NCBI GenBank assembly: GCA_965209035.1
Contig: OZ242372.1
Location: 672,001 to 736,000, forward strand
Length of the DNA: 64,000 nucleotides
From: Gammaproteobacteria bacterium
GTDB taxonomy: Bacteria > Pseudomonadota > Gammaproteobacteria > CBDBNL01 > JAAOII01
Direction of reading: 5' to 3'
Positions 1 to 10,014 of this stretch are shown here, one piece after another; position 1 is the stretch's first letter; every line of letters begins with the position of its first letter. The position numbers were made by a program, and so were the translations under genes. The notes below the pieces were generated by a model. That model ran no database searches. It was given only the letters and a program-made list of their open reading frames with translations, and was not told the DNA's origin.

Positions 1-231
1 CCTTTGGAAACCGGGGCGTCCCTTATGCGGCGCGTTCTTATCGGGTGTTCTTCTTTTTAATTTTTGCTTGGGGCGGCTGAGTGCGCGGATAATTTTTTCC
101 TTGTCTTTGTAATCCAAAAGGCTATCAACCGTATATTTGGTTAATCCGCCTTTGTGGATTCTTGCCAACAGGGAATTCGGATCCACTCTAACGCTCTCGG
201 CAAATTCCTTGAGCGTTATCTTATCGGACAT
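1..231 (-). CDS. infB: Translation initiation factor IF-2, N-terminal part (runs off the window)
   Basis: ATG at 231 opens a frame (MSDKITLKEFAESVRVDPNSLLARIHKGGL...) with no stop to base 1; resembles the IF-2 N-domain and lies directly after nusA, matching the rimP-nusA-infB order. Confidence 0.8.
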   Translation of the reverse strand, partial: MSDKITLKEFAESVRVDPNSLLARIHKGGLTKYTVDSLLDYKDKEKIIRALSRPKQKLKRRTPDKNAPHKGRPGFQR

Positions 232-241
232 CGGCTGGCCT

Positions 242-1765
242 TCAGTCGGCATCTATTTGGCGCGCGGCGAGAATGATTTTTTCTCCCAATTCTGTTTCAA
301 AACTTTCACCGAGCATTTTGTTCAACTCATCCAATGAACATTCCGCCAATGCCTTGCGTGTGAAAACTTTGTTGTCAATCAGGCAATTGGCAATATCATT
401 ATTAATTCCTTCTATTTCTATCAATTCCTTCGTCGCCTCATAACGAAAAGCCTCGGACATCAGGTAATCGCTCGCTCTTTGGCAAAGTTCTTCCACCAAT
501 TCTTCGTCAAAATCTTTGATGCGCAGCAACTTTTCCGTGGGAGCATATGCGATCTGTTGGATACTGGTGAACCCGCTTTCTATGAGATCCATGGCAATAT
601 CGTCTTCCAAATCAAGAACCCGGATGTAAAAACTCTTGAGGGCTTCCAATGCTTGTTCGTGCTTTTCCTTGGCTTCGTCGGCACGCATCACATTAATGTC
701 CCAGCCGATCAGCCGAACGGCCAAACGGACATTTTGACCGTTACGACCGAGAATTTCACCGATGTTATCCGCATCGGCGGCAACGTCTATGTTGCGGTTG
801 GCGGTGTTAATGGTAACCGCAATAATGTTGCGGTTGGCAAGAACATTTCGCACAAGTTGTTCGGGCGAATCACTCCATTCCAGAATATCCACTTTTTCGC
901 CGCGCAGTTCTTCTTCCACCGCTTGGACGCGTTTTCCTTGCATGCCGATACACGCACTCATCGGGTCAATCCGTTTGTCTTTGGCACGCACCGCCACCTT
1001 GCATCTGAGGCCGGGAAGACGCGCAATTGCACGAATTTCAACAATTTGCTGGGCAACTTCGGGCACCTCGCGGACAAAGAGACCGCGGATCATGTTATCG
1101 CTGGTGCGGCTGAGATAGAGTTGATGCATGCTTTTTTCGGCGTCAACAAGTTCCAGTACCGCGCTAATGTCGTCATCGGGATAATACTTGTCCTGTGGCA
1201 GCATGGCATCTTGCGGCAAAATGGCTTCCACTCGCTCGTTGAGAAGAACGATGATGTCGCCCGTTCTTGTGATGCGTTTGACCACCCCGGAAAGGACCTT
1301 GCCGAGTTTGGGGCGGTAGTCTTCCACCAGTTGTTTTCTTTCGGCTTCGCGCACCTTTTGCATAATTAAATGCTTGGCGGTTTGAATGGCGATTCTGTCA
1401 AACTCTATGCCGGGAATTTCTTTGAATTCAAGGTTTGGATTTGGTGAGGTCTCAGCATTGTCAGGGTTGGGGTCAGGGTTGGGGTCAAGGTCGGGTTCCG
1501 TATCGGAAGTTTCGGTTTCCGGTGCGGGCACTTTTTCTTCCCTCGCCGGTTCCTCCGCATCCTCTTCGATCACCGCTTGCCATATGGTGTAATAGCCGTT
1601 TTCTTTGTCAATACTCACTTTTATTGTTTCGTGGGGACAATGCAGCTGTTTGCTAACGGCTCCGGCAATGGCGTACTCAAGCGCACCGGCAATAGCTTCT
1701 TTGTCCAATCCCTTTTGTTGTGAGAGGACATTAATCATTGAGATCACTTCTTTTGGATTCATCAT
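242..1765 (-). CDS. nusA: Transcription termination/antitermination factor NusA
   Basis: FDRIAIQTAKHLIMQKVREAER, S1/KH motifs (ACIGMQGKRVQAV, ILGRNGQNVRLA) and C-terminal acidic repeats. Confidence 0.97.
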   Translation of the reverse strand: MMNPKEVISMINVLSQQKGLDKEAIAGALEYAIAGAVSKQLHCPHETIKVSIDKENGYYTIWQAVIEEDAEEPAREEKVPAPETETSDTEPDLDPNPDPNPDNAETSPNPNLEFKEIPGIEFDRIAIQTAKHLIMQKVREAERKQLVEDYRPKLGKVLSGVVKRITRTGDIIVLLNERVEAILPQDAMLPQDKYYPDDDISAVLELVDAEKSMHQLYLSRTSDNMIRGLFVREVPEVAQQIVEIRAIARLPGLRCKVAVRAKDKRIDPMSACIGMQGKRVQAVEEELRGEKVDILEWSDSPEQLVRNVLANRNIIAVTINTANRNIDVAADADNIGEILGRNGQNVRLAVRLIGWDINVMRADEAKEKHEQALEALKSFYIRVLDLEDDIAMDLIESGFTSIQQIAYAPTEKLLRIKDFDEELVEELCQRASDYLMSEAFRYEATKELIEIEGINNDIANCLIDNKVFTRKALAECSLDELNKMLGESFETELGEKIILAARQIDAD

Positions 1766-1770
1766 TTTTC

Positions 1771-2283
1771 TTATTTCTTAAAAAGACCGGTGTAATCCGG
1801 TTCAAGTTGTCCTTTTTCAATATGAACATGCATTAATTGATATAGTTTTTGCTCCCGTTGAAGCGCATCGGATTCGCGCAGGCTCAGAGTATTCTCGTCA
1901 CTGGCGATCAAACAACCCAGAAAGTTGCGTTGTCCGTCAATCGGCACTCTGGTGCGAACTCGGATTTGTTTGCCGATATAGTCCGTGTATTGCTGCGGTT
2001 GAAAAAATTTACGCGCAAGGCCGGGCGAAGAGACTTCCAGCACATAATTTTCTTCTCTGAGACACAAACTCAGTTGGCGGTTAACTCGGGCACAGTCTTC
2101 AACACTGATGCCGATGTTTGACTTTTTGGCGTCCAAGATGTCTATATACACCCGGACCAGACAAGAAAATCTGCCGGGAATGACTTCCATACCCCACAGA
2201 ATATAACCCAGAGAGCGAACTTCGTCCGCCACCAAATTATTTAACTCCATATTTACTTTGTTTATCATATAAAAAAGACACAT
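1771..2283 (-). CDS. rimP: Ribosome maturation factor RimP (true start possibly ATG 2250)
   Basis: GISVEDCARVNRQLS and YVLEVSSPGLAR motifs; upstream of nusA. Confidence 0.93.
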   Translation of the reverse strand: MCLFYMINKVNMELNNLVADEVRSLGYILWGMEVIPGRFSCLVRVYIDILDAKKSNIGISVEDCARVNRQLSLCLREENYVLEVSSPGLARKFFQPQQYTDYIGKQIRVRTRVPIDGQRNFLGCLIASDENTLSLRESDALQREQKLYQLMHVHIEKGQLEPDYTGLFKK

Positions 2284-2425
2284 TTATCTAAAATATCTGT
2301 CATAGAATGACCGAGTAATAGTTTATCACAATTATGATTCCAAAATCACTTTCCGGGTTATGAATCGGAGAATATGCGAACCTCCGCGGCGATGCTCTCA
2401 ATGAATCGGGTAAGAATCGGGGGAA

Positions 2426-3073
2426 ATGACGACGAAGCGCGCGGATCCCTTTCGTAAAAAAGCGATAATTGAAGGTTATCGTTCCCGGGCTGCCTATAAA
2501 TTGATGCAAATAGACGATAAATACCATGTTCTTGCCGGGTGTCGGGGTATTGTGGAACTGGGTGCCTATCCGGGAGGATGGACACAGGTGATTTTGCGGC
2601 GCGCATCTACGGCATTGACGGTGACATGCGATAAGATTGCGACCGGACCGGAACATATGGCGGAATTGAGGCAGATGACAGACAAGACGCGCCTTGTCAC
2701 GATTTGCGGTGATTTTAGAAGAGCAGAAGTCCGAAAGGAAATTACCGGGCATATCGGCTCTGTTCCGATTGATCTTGTTTTATCCGATATGTCGCCCAAC
2801 ATCAGCGGTAACCGTTTGAGAGATCAGGCCGGAATACGCGAACTGGCAACGGATGCTCTGACATACGCAACGAGCATTCTGGCCGGCGAGCGCGGCGCGT
2901 TTTTGATCAAATTTTTTCAGGGCGAAGAGATGAATGATTTTGTCGCACAAGTGCGCGCGCATTTTCGAGTTCTGAAGATCATCAAGCCCGGCGCGTCCAA
3001 AAAAGAATCAGCGGAAGTTTATGTGCTGGGTAATCGTTTTGTTGGCGGAAATCACGGCAAGGTGAGTGAATAG
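2426..3073 (+). CDS. rlmE: 23S rRNA Um2552 methyltransferase RlmE/FtsJ
   Basis: GYRSRAAYKL, ELGAYPGGWTQ, DLVLSDMSPNISG, KFFQG, SAEVY; upstream of ftsH. Confidence 0.96.
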   Translation: MTTKRADPFRKKAIIEGYRSRAAYKLMQIDDKYHVLAGCRGIVELGAYPGGWTQVILRRASTALTVTCDKIATGPEHMAELRQMTDKTRLVTICGDFRRAEVRKEITGHIGSVPIDLVLSDMSPNISGNRLRDQAGIRELATDALTYATSILAGERGAFLIKFFQGEEMNDFVAQVRAHFRVLKIIKPGASKKESAEVYVLGNRFVGGNHGKVSE

Positions 3074-3120
3074 TCGGTGTCGAGTTGCACAGAGGAGCCG
3101 TTATGTGTTAAAATAAATGT

Positions 3121-5073
3121 ATGATGAGAAACATTCTTTTGTGGCTGATGATTGCCACTTTTTTGGCGGCGGTGTTTGGAAACGGATTGCAACTGACCCG
3201 GATGACCAATAATAATAAGGTTACATATTCCACTTTTATTAGAGAAGTCAATCAAGGGGCTGTGGCAACCGTTACAATAGACGGCTATACGATTCGCGGT
3301 GAGTATACCAACGGCGATGCTTTTATCACGACGCGGCCGGCGGCTCAGGACGGGCAGTTAATGGAAGACTTATTTCGCAATAATGTCGAAATTAAGGGAG
3401 TGGAACCGCAAAGACAAGGGTTTTTACGCCAGTTGCTATTGGCGGCATTTCCCGTTCTTCTTCTTTTTGGTATCCTGTTTTTGGCGATGCGCAGCTTGCA
3501 GGGACGCGGCGGCATGATGGGAGGGAATAACCCGACCTCTTTTGGACGAAGTCGCGCGCGGATGCTCAACAAAGAAGATGTGAAAACAACCTTTAAAGAT
3601 GTGGCGGGAATAGAAGAAGCCAAGGAAGAGGTCAGCGAATTGGTGGACTTTTTACGGGATCCGGGGAAGTTTAGTCGGTTGGGCGCGCGCATTCCGAGAG
3701 GCGTTTTGATGTGCGGGCCGCCGGGGACCGGCAAGACTTTGTTGGCACGCGCCATTGCGGGAGAGGCGGATGTTCCCTTTTTTAGTATTTCCGGTTCGGA
3801 CTTTGTGGAGATGTTCGTCGGGGTGGGGGCATCGCGCGTTCGGGATATGTTTGCTCAGGCAAAAAAACAATCTCCTTGTATTATCTTCATAGACGAAATT
3901 GATGCGGTGGGACGGCACAGGGGTGCCGGGCTAGGCGGCGGACATGACGAACGGGAGCAAACTCTCAATCAACTGTTGGTGGAGATGGACGGTTTTGAGG
4001 GTAAGGAGGGAATCATTATCATTGCCGCCACCAACCGACCGGATGTTTTGGACCCGGCACTTTTGCGTCCCGGACGGTTTGACCGACAGGTCATTGTGCC
4101 GCTGCCGGATGTGGCGGGGCGAACGGAGATCCTTAAGGTGCATCTGGAAAAAATTAAAAAAGAAACCGATTTGGATCCGGCCATGATTGCCCGCGGGACA
4201 CCCGGGTTTTCCGGGGCGGATTTGGCCAATCTGGTCAATGAGGCGGCATTGTTGTGCGCGCGCGCAAAAAAGAATAAGGTGGGAATATCCGAATTGGATC
4301 AGGCCAAGGATAAGATCATGATGGGCAGGGAGCGGCGTTCTATGGTTATGAGCGAAGATGAAAAAAAATTGACCGCTTATCACGAGGCAGGCCATGCAAT
4401 TGTCGGGCTGAGTGTGCCGGAGCATGACCCAATTTACAAGGTGACCATTATTCCGCGCGGGAGAGCCCTGGGGGTGACGATGTTCTTGCCGGAGCGAGAC
4501 AAATACAGTATGAGCAAGAACGCACTTTTAAGCCAACTGTGCAGCCTTTACGGCGGTCGGGTTGCCGAAGAATTGGTTTTTGGGAAAGAGCAAATTACGA
4601 CCGGGGCATCCAATGACATAGAGCGTGCCACAGATATGGCGCGGTCGATGGTTACAAAATGGGGACTCTCCGAGGAATTGGGACCGCAGAAATATGACGA
4701 GGATAACGATTCGGTGTTTCTGGGAAGGCGAGCCGCGGTTCAATCGCAACTGCAAATTTCGCAGGAGACTAGCAAGAAGATAGACGCCGAAATTCATAAA
4801 ATTCTTTCGCAATCCTATCAAAGGGCAAAAACAATATTGCAAGATAAAATCAATATCTTGCACTTAATGGCACGGAGTTTGATGAAATACGAGACGATCA
4901 ATCACGAACAGATTCAGGTGATCATGACGGGCAAGAACCCACCACCGCCACCAAGTTGGAATGATCGCGGGACGGGAACAGGCAAGAAAAAGACCCGCAA
5001 AAAGAAAAAAAGCGAAACCGGTCCGACTTCTTTGGCGGGAGGCTCTTCTTTGGCGACAGGAAATACGCCATGA
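3121..5073 (+). CDS. ftsH: ATP-dependent zinc metalloprotease FtsH
   Basis: Two N-terminal TM segments, Walker A GPPGTGKT, Walker [17 protein letters not shown] zinc motif. Confidence 0.99.
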   Translation: MMRNILLWLMIATFLAAVFGNGLQLTRMTNNNKVTYSTFIREVNQGAVATVTIDGYTIRGEYTNGDAFITTRPAAQDGQLMEDLFRNNVEIKGVEPQRQGFLRQLLLAAFPVLLLFGILFLAMRSLQGRGGMMGGNNPTSFGRSRARMLNKEDVKTTFKDVAGIEEAKEEVSELVDFLRDPGKFSRLGARIPRGVLMCGPPGTGKTLLARAIAGEADVPFFSISGSDFVEMFVGVGASRVRDMFAQAKKQSPCIIFIDEIDAVGRHRGAGLGGGHDEREQTLNQLLVEMDGFEGKEGIIIIAATNRPDVLDPALLRPGRFDRQVIVPLPDVAGRTEILKVHLEKIKKETDLDPAMIARGTPGFSGADLANLVNEAALLCARAKKNKVGISELDQAKDKIMMGRERRSMVMSEDEKKLTAYHEAGHAIVGLSVPEHDPIYKVTIIPRGRALGVTMFLPERDKYSMSKNALLSQLCSLYGGRVAEELVFGKEQITTGASNDIERATDMARSMVTKWGLSEELGPQKYDEDNDSVFLGRRAAVQSQLQISQETSKKIDAEIHKILSQSYQRAKTILQDKINILHLMARSLMKYETINHEQIQVIMTGKNPPPPPSWNDRGTGTGKKKTRKKKKSETGPTSLAGGSSLATGNTP

Positions 5074-5257
5074 AGGATCTCACCTACTTTTCTTACTCTT
5101 AATAAAATTTTTTAAGGTTTCACCGGGCGGGCGGCTACCCGTATGCTATCAGCTGCTCGTTTATTCCCCTTCCCGTACCGGTCGGGGGTTATTTTGTTGA
5201 CGACTTAAACAGAAGGACCTCTTGCCTTGAGAGGTTAAATCATTTATTTTTTGCGGT

Positions 5258-7219
5258 TTACTTACGGTTGCTTGCGGTTTGTTTGTGGCTTTTGATGAGA
5301 TCATCCACAACGGAGGCGTCGGCAAGAGTGGATGTGTCTCCCAGTTCTTCGTGTTCGCCCGTTGCAATTTTGCGGAGAATGCGGCGCATGATTTTACCCG
5401 AGCGGGTTTTGGGCAGTGCGGGTGTCAACAGCAGAATATCCGGTTTGGCAATCGGGCCAATTTGCTCGCGCACAGTTTGAATTAATTCTTCTCGCAGAGA
5501 ATTGGTGGGTTCCGCTCCCAATACCGGAGTAACATACGCATAAATACCCTGCCCCTTTATCTCGTGCGGAAAGCCGACCACGGCTGCTTCCGCCACCGCC
5601 GGATGGGCCACCAAGGCACTTTCTATTTCGGCTGTCCCCAGTCTGTGGCCGGAAACATTAATGACATCGTCCATACGCCCGGTAATCCAATAGTAACCGT
5701 CTTTGTCGCGTCTTGCCATATCACCGCTAAAATAGTAGTTTTCAAAAGTACTGAAATAGGTTGTCACAAAGCGTTCGTGATTGCCGTATATGGAGCGGGC
5801 CTGACCGGGCCAGGAGTCGCTGATCACCAGAGCGCCGTTCGCTTCGCCGGTCTGTTCCTCTCCTTTTTCATTCAATAATGCGGGCCGGACGCCGAAAAAC
5901 GGCAGGGTCGCCGAGCCGGGCTTTAAGGGGGTGGCTCCGGGCAAGGGTGTTATCATATGACCGCCGGTTTCGGTTTGCCACCAGGTGTCCACTATGGGAA
6001 GTGTGTTGTTGCCCAATACTTTGCGATACCAACGCCAGGCTTCCGGGTTGATTGGCTCGCCCACTGTTCCGAGGACCTTAAGACTCTTGAGAGAACATTT
6101 TTCATATATTTTGTCCCCTTCGCGCATCAAGGCGCGGATCGCCGTCGGTGCCGTATAAAACGATGCGACCTTGTGTTTGTCGATGATCTCGCCCCAGCGT
6201 GCGGAAGTCGGATAGTTGGGCAGGCCTTCATACATTAAAGTGATCGCGCCGTTGGCAAGTGGTCCGTAGACAATGTAACTGTGGCCGGTAACCCATCCCA
6301 CATCGGCACCACACCAATAGACATCGCCGTCATGATAGTCAAAAGTATATTGATGCGTGATGGAACACCATACCAGGTAGCCGCCAATGGTATGCATTAA
6401 TCCCTTGGGCTTGCCGGTAGAGCCGGATGTATAAAGAATAAAAAGAGGGTCTTCCGCATTTAGAGGCTCCGGTGGGCAGTCCGCACTTTGTTCGGCAATC
6501 AGCTCGTGATACCAAACATCATTAATAGTATGGCCCGCGCGAAAAGGAATGTCGGCGTTTGTTGCCCGGACGACCAGGGTGTGCTTCACTGTTTTGGTTT
6601 TTTCCAGAGCCCTGTCCACATTTTGTTTGAGCGGAATACGTTTGCCACCGCGCACACCTTCGTCCGCGGTAATCACCAGGTTGCTGTCGGAATCATTGAT
6701 GCGTCCGGCCAGGGCTTCGGGCGAGAACCCGCCAAAAACAACCGAATGGATGATCCCCAGTCTGGCACAGGCAAGCATGGCGACAGCGGCTTCGGGGATC
6801 ATTGGCATGTAAATGGTGGCAACATCTCCTTTTTTGTAGTTAAGCGATTTTAGACCGTTCGCCAGTTTGCATACCTCTGCGTGCAATTCTTTGTATGTGA
6901 GAGTCGCGTCTTTGTCGGGTGTGTCTCCCTCCCAAATGATGGCGACCTGATCGCCGCGTTTTGCCAGATGTCGGTCCAAACAATTATGGCATGCGTTAAG
7001 GACGCCGTCTTCAAACCATCGGATGTCTACCTTGTCGCGTTGAAACGATGTGTTCTTAACCTTGCCGTAAGGTTTAAACCAGTCCAATCGTCTGCCTTGC
7101 TCGGCCCAAAATTTTTCCGGGTCCGCCAAGGAAGCGGCGTACATCTCTTTATATTTCTTTGCGTCTATCCAGGCCTTTTTTGCCAAAAGGGCATCCGGTA
7201 AGTAAATGTTTTGACTCAT
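5258..7219 (-). CDS. acs: Acetyl-CoA synthetase
   Basis: [38 protein letters not shown]. Confidence 0.98.
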   Translation of the reverse strand: MSQNIYLPDALLAKKAWIDAKKYKEMYAASLADPEKFWAEQGRRLDWFKPYGKVKNTSFQRDKVDIRWFEDGVLNACHNCLDRHLAKRGDQVAIIWEGDTPDKDATLTYKELHAEVCKLANGLKSLNYKKGDVATIYMPMIPEAAVAMLACARLGIIHSVVFGGFSPEALAGRINDSDSNLVITADEGVRGGKRIPLKQNVDRALEKTKTVKHTLVVRATNADIPFRAGHTINDVWYHELIAEQSADCPPEPLNAEDPLFILYTSGSTGKPKGLMHTIGGYLVWCSITHQYTFDYHDGDVYWCGADVGWVTGHSYIVYGPLANGAITLMYEGLPNYPTSARWGEIIDKHKVASFYTAPTAIRALMREGDKIYEKCSLKSLKVLGTVGEPINPEAWRWYRKVLGNNTLPIVDTWWQTETGGHMITPLPGATPLKPGSATLPFFGVRPALLNEKGEEQTGEANGALVISDSWPGQARSIYGNHERFVTTYFSTFENYYFSGDMARRDKDGYYWITGRMDDVINVSGHRLGTAEIESALVAHPAVAEAAVVGFPHEIKGQGIYAYVTPVLGAEPTNSLREELIQTVREQIGPIAKPDILLLTPALPKTRSGKIMRRILRKIATGEHEELGDTSTLADASVVDDLIKSHKQTASNRK

Positions 7220-7331
7220 AAATAATCTCCTTTTTTGTTTTGTTTATTAGTATCAATTTATTTCGGTTATTTTACCAAAATTTTTTTGGTTTTGCCCTAT
7301 TTTTGAATATGGTCTTGCTGTCTCTTTTTGA

Positions 7332-8630
7332 TGCATAGTCTCATAAAGGTTCTGGACTCTGAGTTTGGTATTGTGCGTCCTCAGATCAAGCAGCCGGAGG
7401 TTCTGTCGGACGGGTCGAAAATAGATCCGGCAACGGGTCTTCGGTATGTGGAGCTAGATGAATGAAACGGGCAAGAAGGACGGATAGCTGTTTTGCTCTC
7501 ACCGCCGCAGACAGCGGAGGCTTGTTGTTGATAAAACTGTCTAGGTGTATCCGCTGGCGAGACGGTACGGTTTGTGAGGGCAGCCGGACTGCACATTGGA
7601 AATGAGAGGAACACGTTTACGCTACATTGGTTATCGCGTGCGCGGTTTCAATAAAATGGTGGTTTTAGCAAACAAATATTCAAACATGTCTAAAACCACC
7701 AAAATCAAACTGGACACCTTAGCGTTCGCGCGCAAACATGGTGTCGCGGCGGCGCTGGATCATGCCGGGATCAGTCGTGCTACATTCTACGAGTGGCAGC
7801 GGCGTTTCCGTGAAGGCGGGGTCGATGAACTGGCGAACAACTATGGGTATCAGCCCAAGCGGTCCAACACCTGGCCACCGGCACTGATTGACAAGATCCG
7901 GTCTTGGCGACAAGAGCGACCGAATATCGGTCCCAATAAACTGGTCTGCTTGTTACCCGAATGGTGCCAGCAGCAGGGGCTGCCGGCACCCAGCCGGTCA
8001 ACCATTGCCCGCATCATCGCTGATGCACCGGGTAAGATGCGGCACCAGTCATCGCTGACCGAGCAGAAGAACCCGCGGCAAGGTGCTCCTCGCGAGCGCA
8101 AGGACATCTGCTTTGTTGCGGGCCGGAGAGGTGAATGTGTTGCCTTTGATACGCTCGTCCGCATCGTCGATGGCCGGCGCTTTTATTGGCATGTCGGCAT
8201 TGACCTATTTTCCCGCTTCTCACTGGTCAGTGTCGACACCTCCGCTGCTTCGGCCAGTTCCGCCCGGCTCTTTACCGCCATGCAAAACATACTCGGCACT
8301 CGGATCGAAAAAGTCCTCACCGATAATGGCAGTGAGTTCGCCAAAGACTTTCACCGGATCGTGACCGCAAACGGCAGCACCCACTGGTATACTTATCCAA
8401 GGAAACCGCAAATGAATGCACACTGCGAACGGTTTAATCGCACTCTCTGGGAAGAGTTCGGTTGTCATATGCGGCATCTCTTGGTTAAGGATATGCCGGC
8501 ATTCAACGCCAAACTCATCGAGTGGTTGGCTTGGTATAATCTTGAACGTCCCCATTATGCTCTCAAACAACTCTCGCCGATCCAATTTTTGCAAAAACAA
8601 CAAAAGTCCAGAAATGGGTGGGACCATACA
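7332..8630 (+). mobile_element. IS481-family insertion sequence, copy 1 (1299 bp)
   Basis: Imperfect terminal IRs TGCATAGTCTCATAAAGGTTCTGGACT and AGTCCAGAAATGGGTGGGACCATACA; single rve-type DDE ORF. Confidence 0.85.
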
Positions 8631-8642
8631 ATTTGTGCATGA
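7686..8642 (+). CDS. IS481-family DDE transposase (HTH + integrase core); start could be 7656 or 7596
   Basis: GISRATFYEWQRRF HTH; catalytic AFDT, LTDNGSEF, CERFNRT; WYNLERPHYAL. Confidence 0.9.
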   Translation: MSKTTKIKLDTLAFARKHGVAAALDHAGISRATFYEWQRRFREGGVDELANNYGYQPKRSNTWPPALIDKIRSWRQERPNIGPNKLVCLLPEWCQQQGLPAPSRSTIARIIADAPGKMRHQSSLTEQKNPRQGAPRERKDICFVAGRRGECVAFDTLVRIVDGRRFYWHVGIDLFSRFSLVSVDTSAASASSARLFTAMQNILGTRIEKVLTDNGSEFAKDFHRIVTANGSTHWYTYPRKPQMNAHCERFNRTLWEEFGCHMRHLLVKDMPAFNAKLIEWLAWYNLERPHYALKQLSPIQFLQKQQKSRNGWDHTICA

Positions 8643-9934
8643 TCTCATAAAGGTTCTGGACTCTGAGTTCGGCATTGTGCGTCCTCAGATCAAGCGGCCG
8701 GAGGTTCTGTCGGACGGGTCGAAAATAGATCCGGCAACGGGCCTTCGGTATGTGGAGCTAGATGAATGAAACGGGCAAGAAGGACGGATAGCTGTTTTGC
8801 TCTCACCGCCGCAGACAGCGGAGGCTTGTTGTTGATAAAACTGTCTAGGTGTATCCGCTGGCGAGACGGTACGGTTTGTGAGGGCAGCCGGACTGCACAT
8901 TGGAAATGAGAGGGACACGTTTACGCTACATTGGTTATCGCGTGCGCGGTTTCAATAAAATGGTGGTTTTAGCAAATCAATATTTAAACATGTCTAAAAC
9001 CACCAAAATAAAACTGGACACCTTGGCGTTCGCGCGCAAACATGGTGTCGCGGCCGCGTTGGATCATACCAGGATCAGTCGTGCTACATTCTACGAGTGG
9101 CAGCGGCGTTTCCGTGAAGGCGGGGTCGATGAACTGGCGAACAACTATGGGTATCAGCCCAAGCGGTCCAACACCTGGCCACCGGCACTGATTACCAAGA
9201 TCCGATCTTGGCGACAACAGCGTCCGAACATCGGTGCCGGTAAACTGGTCTGCTTGTTACCCGAATGGTGTCAGCAGCGCGGGCTGCCGCTGCCCAGCCA
9301 ATCAACGCTCTCTCGCATCATTGCCGATGACCCGGATAAGATGCGGTGCAAACCATCGCGGTCCGTGCCGAAACGCCCGCGGCATGGTGCTCCGCGCGAG
9401 CGCAAGGACACCCGCTTTGTTGCGGGCCGGAGAGGTGAATGTGTTGCCTTTGATACGCTCGTCCGCATCGTCGATGGCCGGCGCTTTTATTGGCATGTCG
9501 GCATTGACCTATTTTCCCGCTTCTCACTGGTCAGTGTCGACACCTCCGCTGCTTCGGCCAGTTCCGCCCGGCTCTTTACCGCCATGCAAAACATACTCGG
9601 CACTCGGATCGAAAAAGTCCTCACCGATAATGGCAGTGAGTTCGCCAAAGACTTTCACCGGGTCGTGACCGCAAACGGCAGCACCCACTGGTATACCTAT
9701 CCAAGGAAACCGCAAATGAATGCACACTGCGAACGGTTTAATCGCACTCTCTGGGAAGAGTTCGGTTGTCATATGCGGCATCTCTTGGTTAAGGATATGC
9801 CGGCATTCAACGCCAAACTCATCGAGTGGTTGGCTTGGTATAATCTGGAACGTCCCCATTATGCTCTCAAACAACTCTCGCCAATCCAGTTTTTGCAAAA
9901 ACAACAAAAGTCCAGAAATGGGTGGGATCATACA
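8636..9934 (+). mobile_element. IS481-family insertion sequence, copy 2 (1299 bp), in direct tandem with copy 1
   Basis: Same ends (TGCATGATCTCATAAAGG...GGGTGGGATCATACA); separated from copy 1 by ATTTG. Confidence 0.85.
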
Positions 9935-9940
9935 ATTTGA
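8990..9940 (+). CDS. IS481-family DDE transposase, copy 2; start could be 8960 or 8900
   Basis: Near-identical to copy 1 except for a divergent central segment; DDE residues intact. Confidence 0.9.
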   Translation: MSKTTKIKLDTLAFARKHGVAAALDHTRISRATFYEWQRRFREGGVDELANNYGYQPKRSNTWPPALITKIRSWRQQRPNIGAGKLVCLLPEWCQQRGLPLPSQSTLSRIIADDPDKMRCKPSRSVPKRPRHGAPRERKDTRFVAGRRGECVAFDTLVRIVDGRRFYWHVGIDLFSRFSLVSVDTSAASASSARLFTAMQNILGTRIEKVLTDNGSEFAKDFHRVVTANGSTHWYTYPRKPQMNAHCERFNRTLWEEFGCHMRHLLVKDMPAFNAKLIEWLAWYNLERPHYALKQLSPIQFLQKQQKSRNGWDHTI

Positions 9941-10014
9941 CCTCATCCCGGTATTTTTGACTTATAATACAAGAAATATTATTATATTTAATTAACAACA
10001 AAGGAGTAATTATT

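Noticed and set aside
479-1369. 296-aa + strand ORF and similar ORFs opposite core genes
   Set aside because: Antisense to nusA and other well-supported genes, with no recognisable motifs
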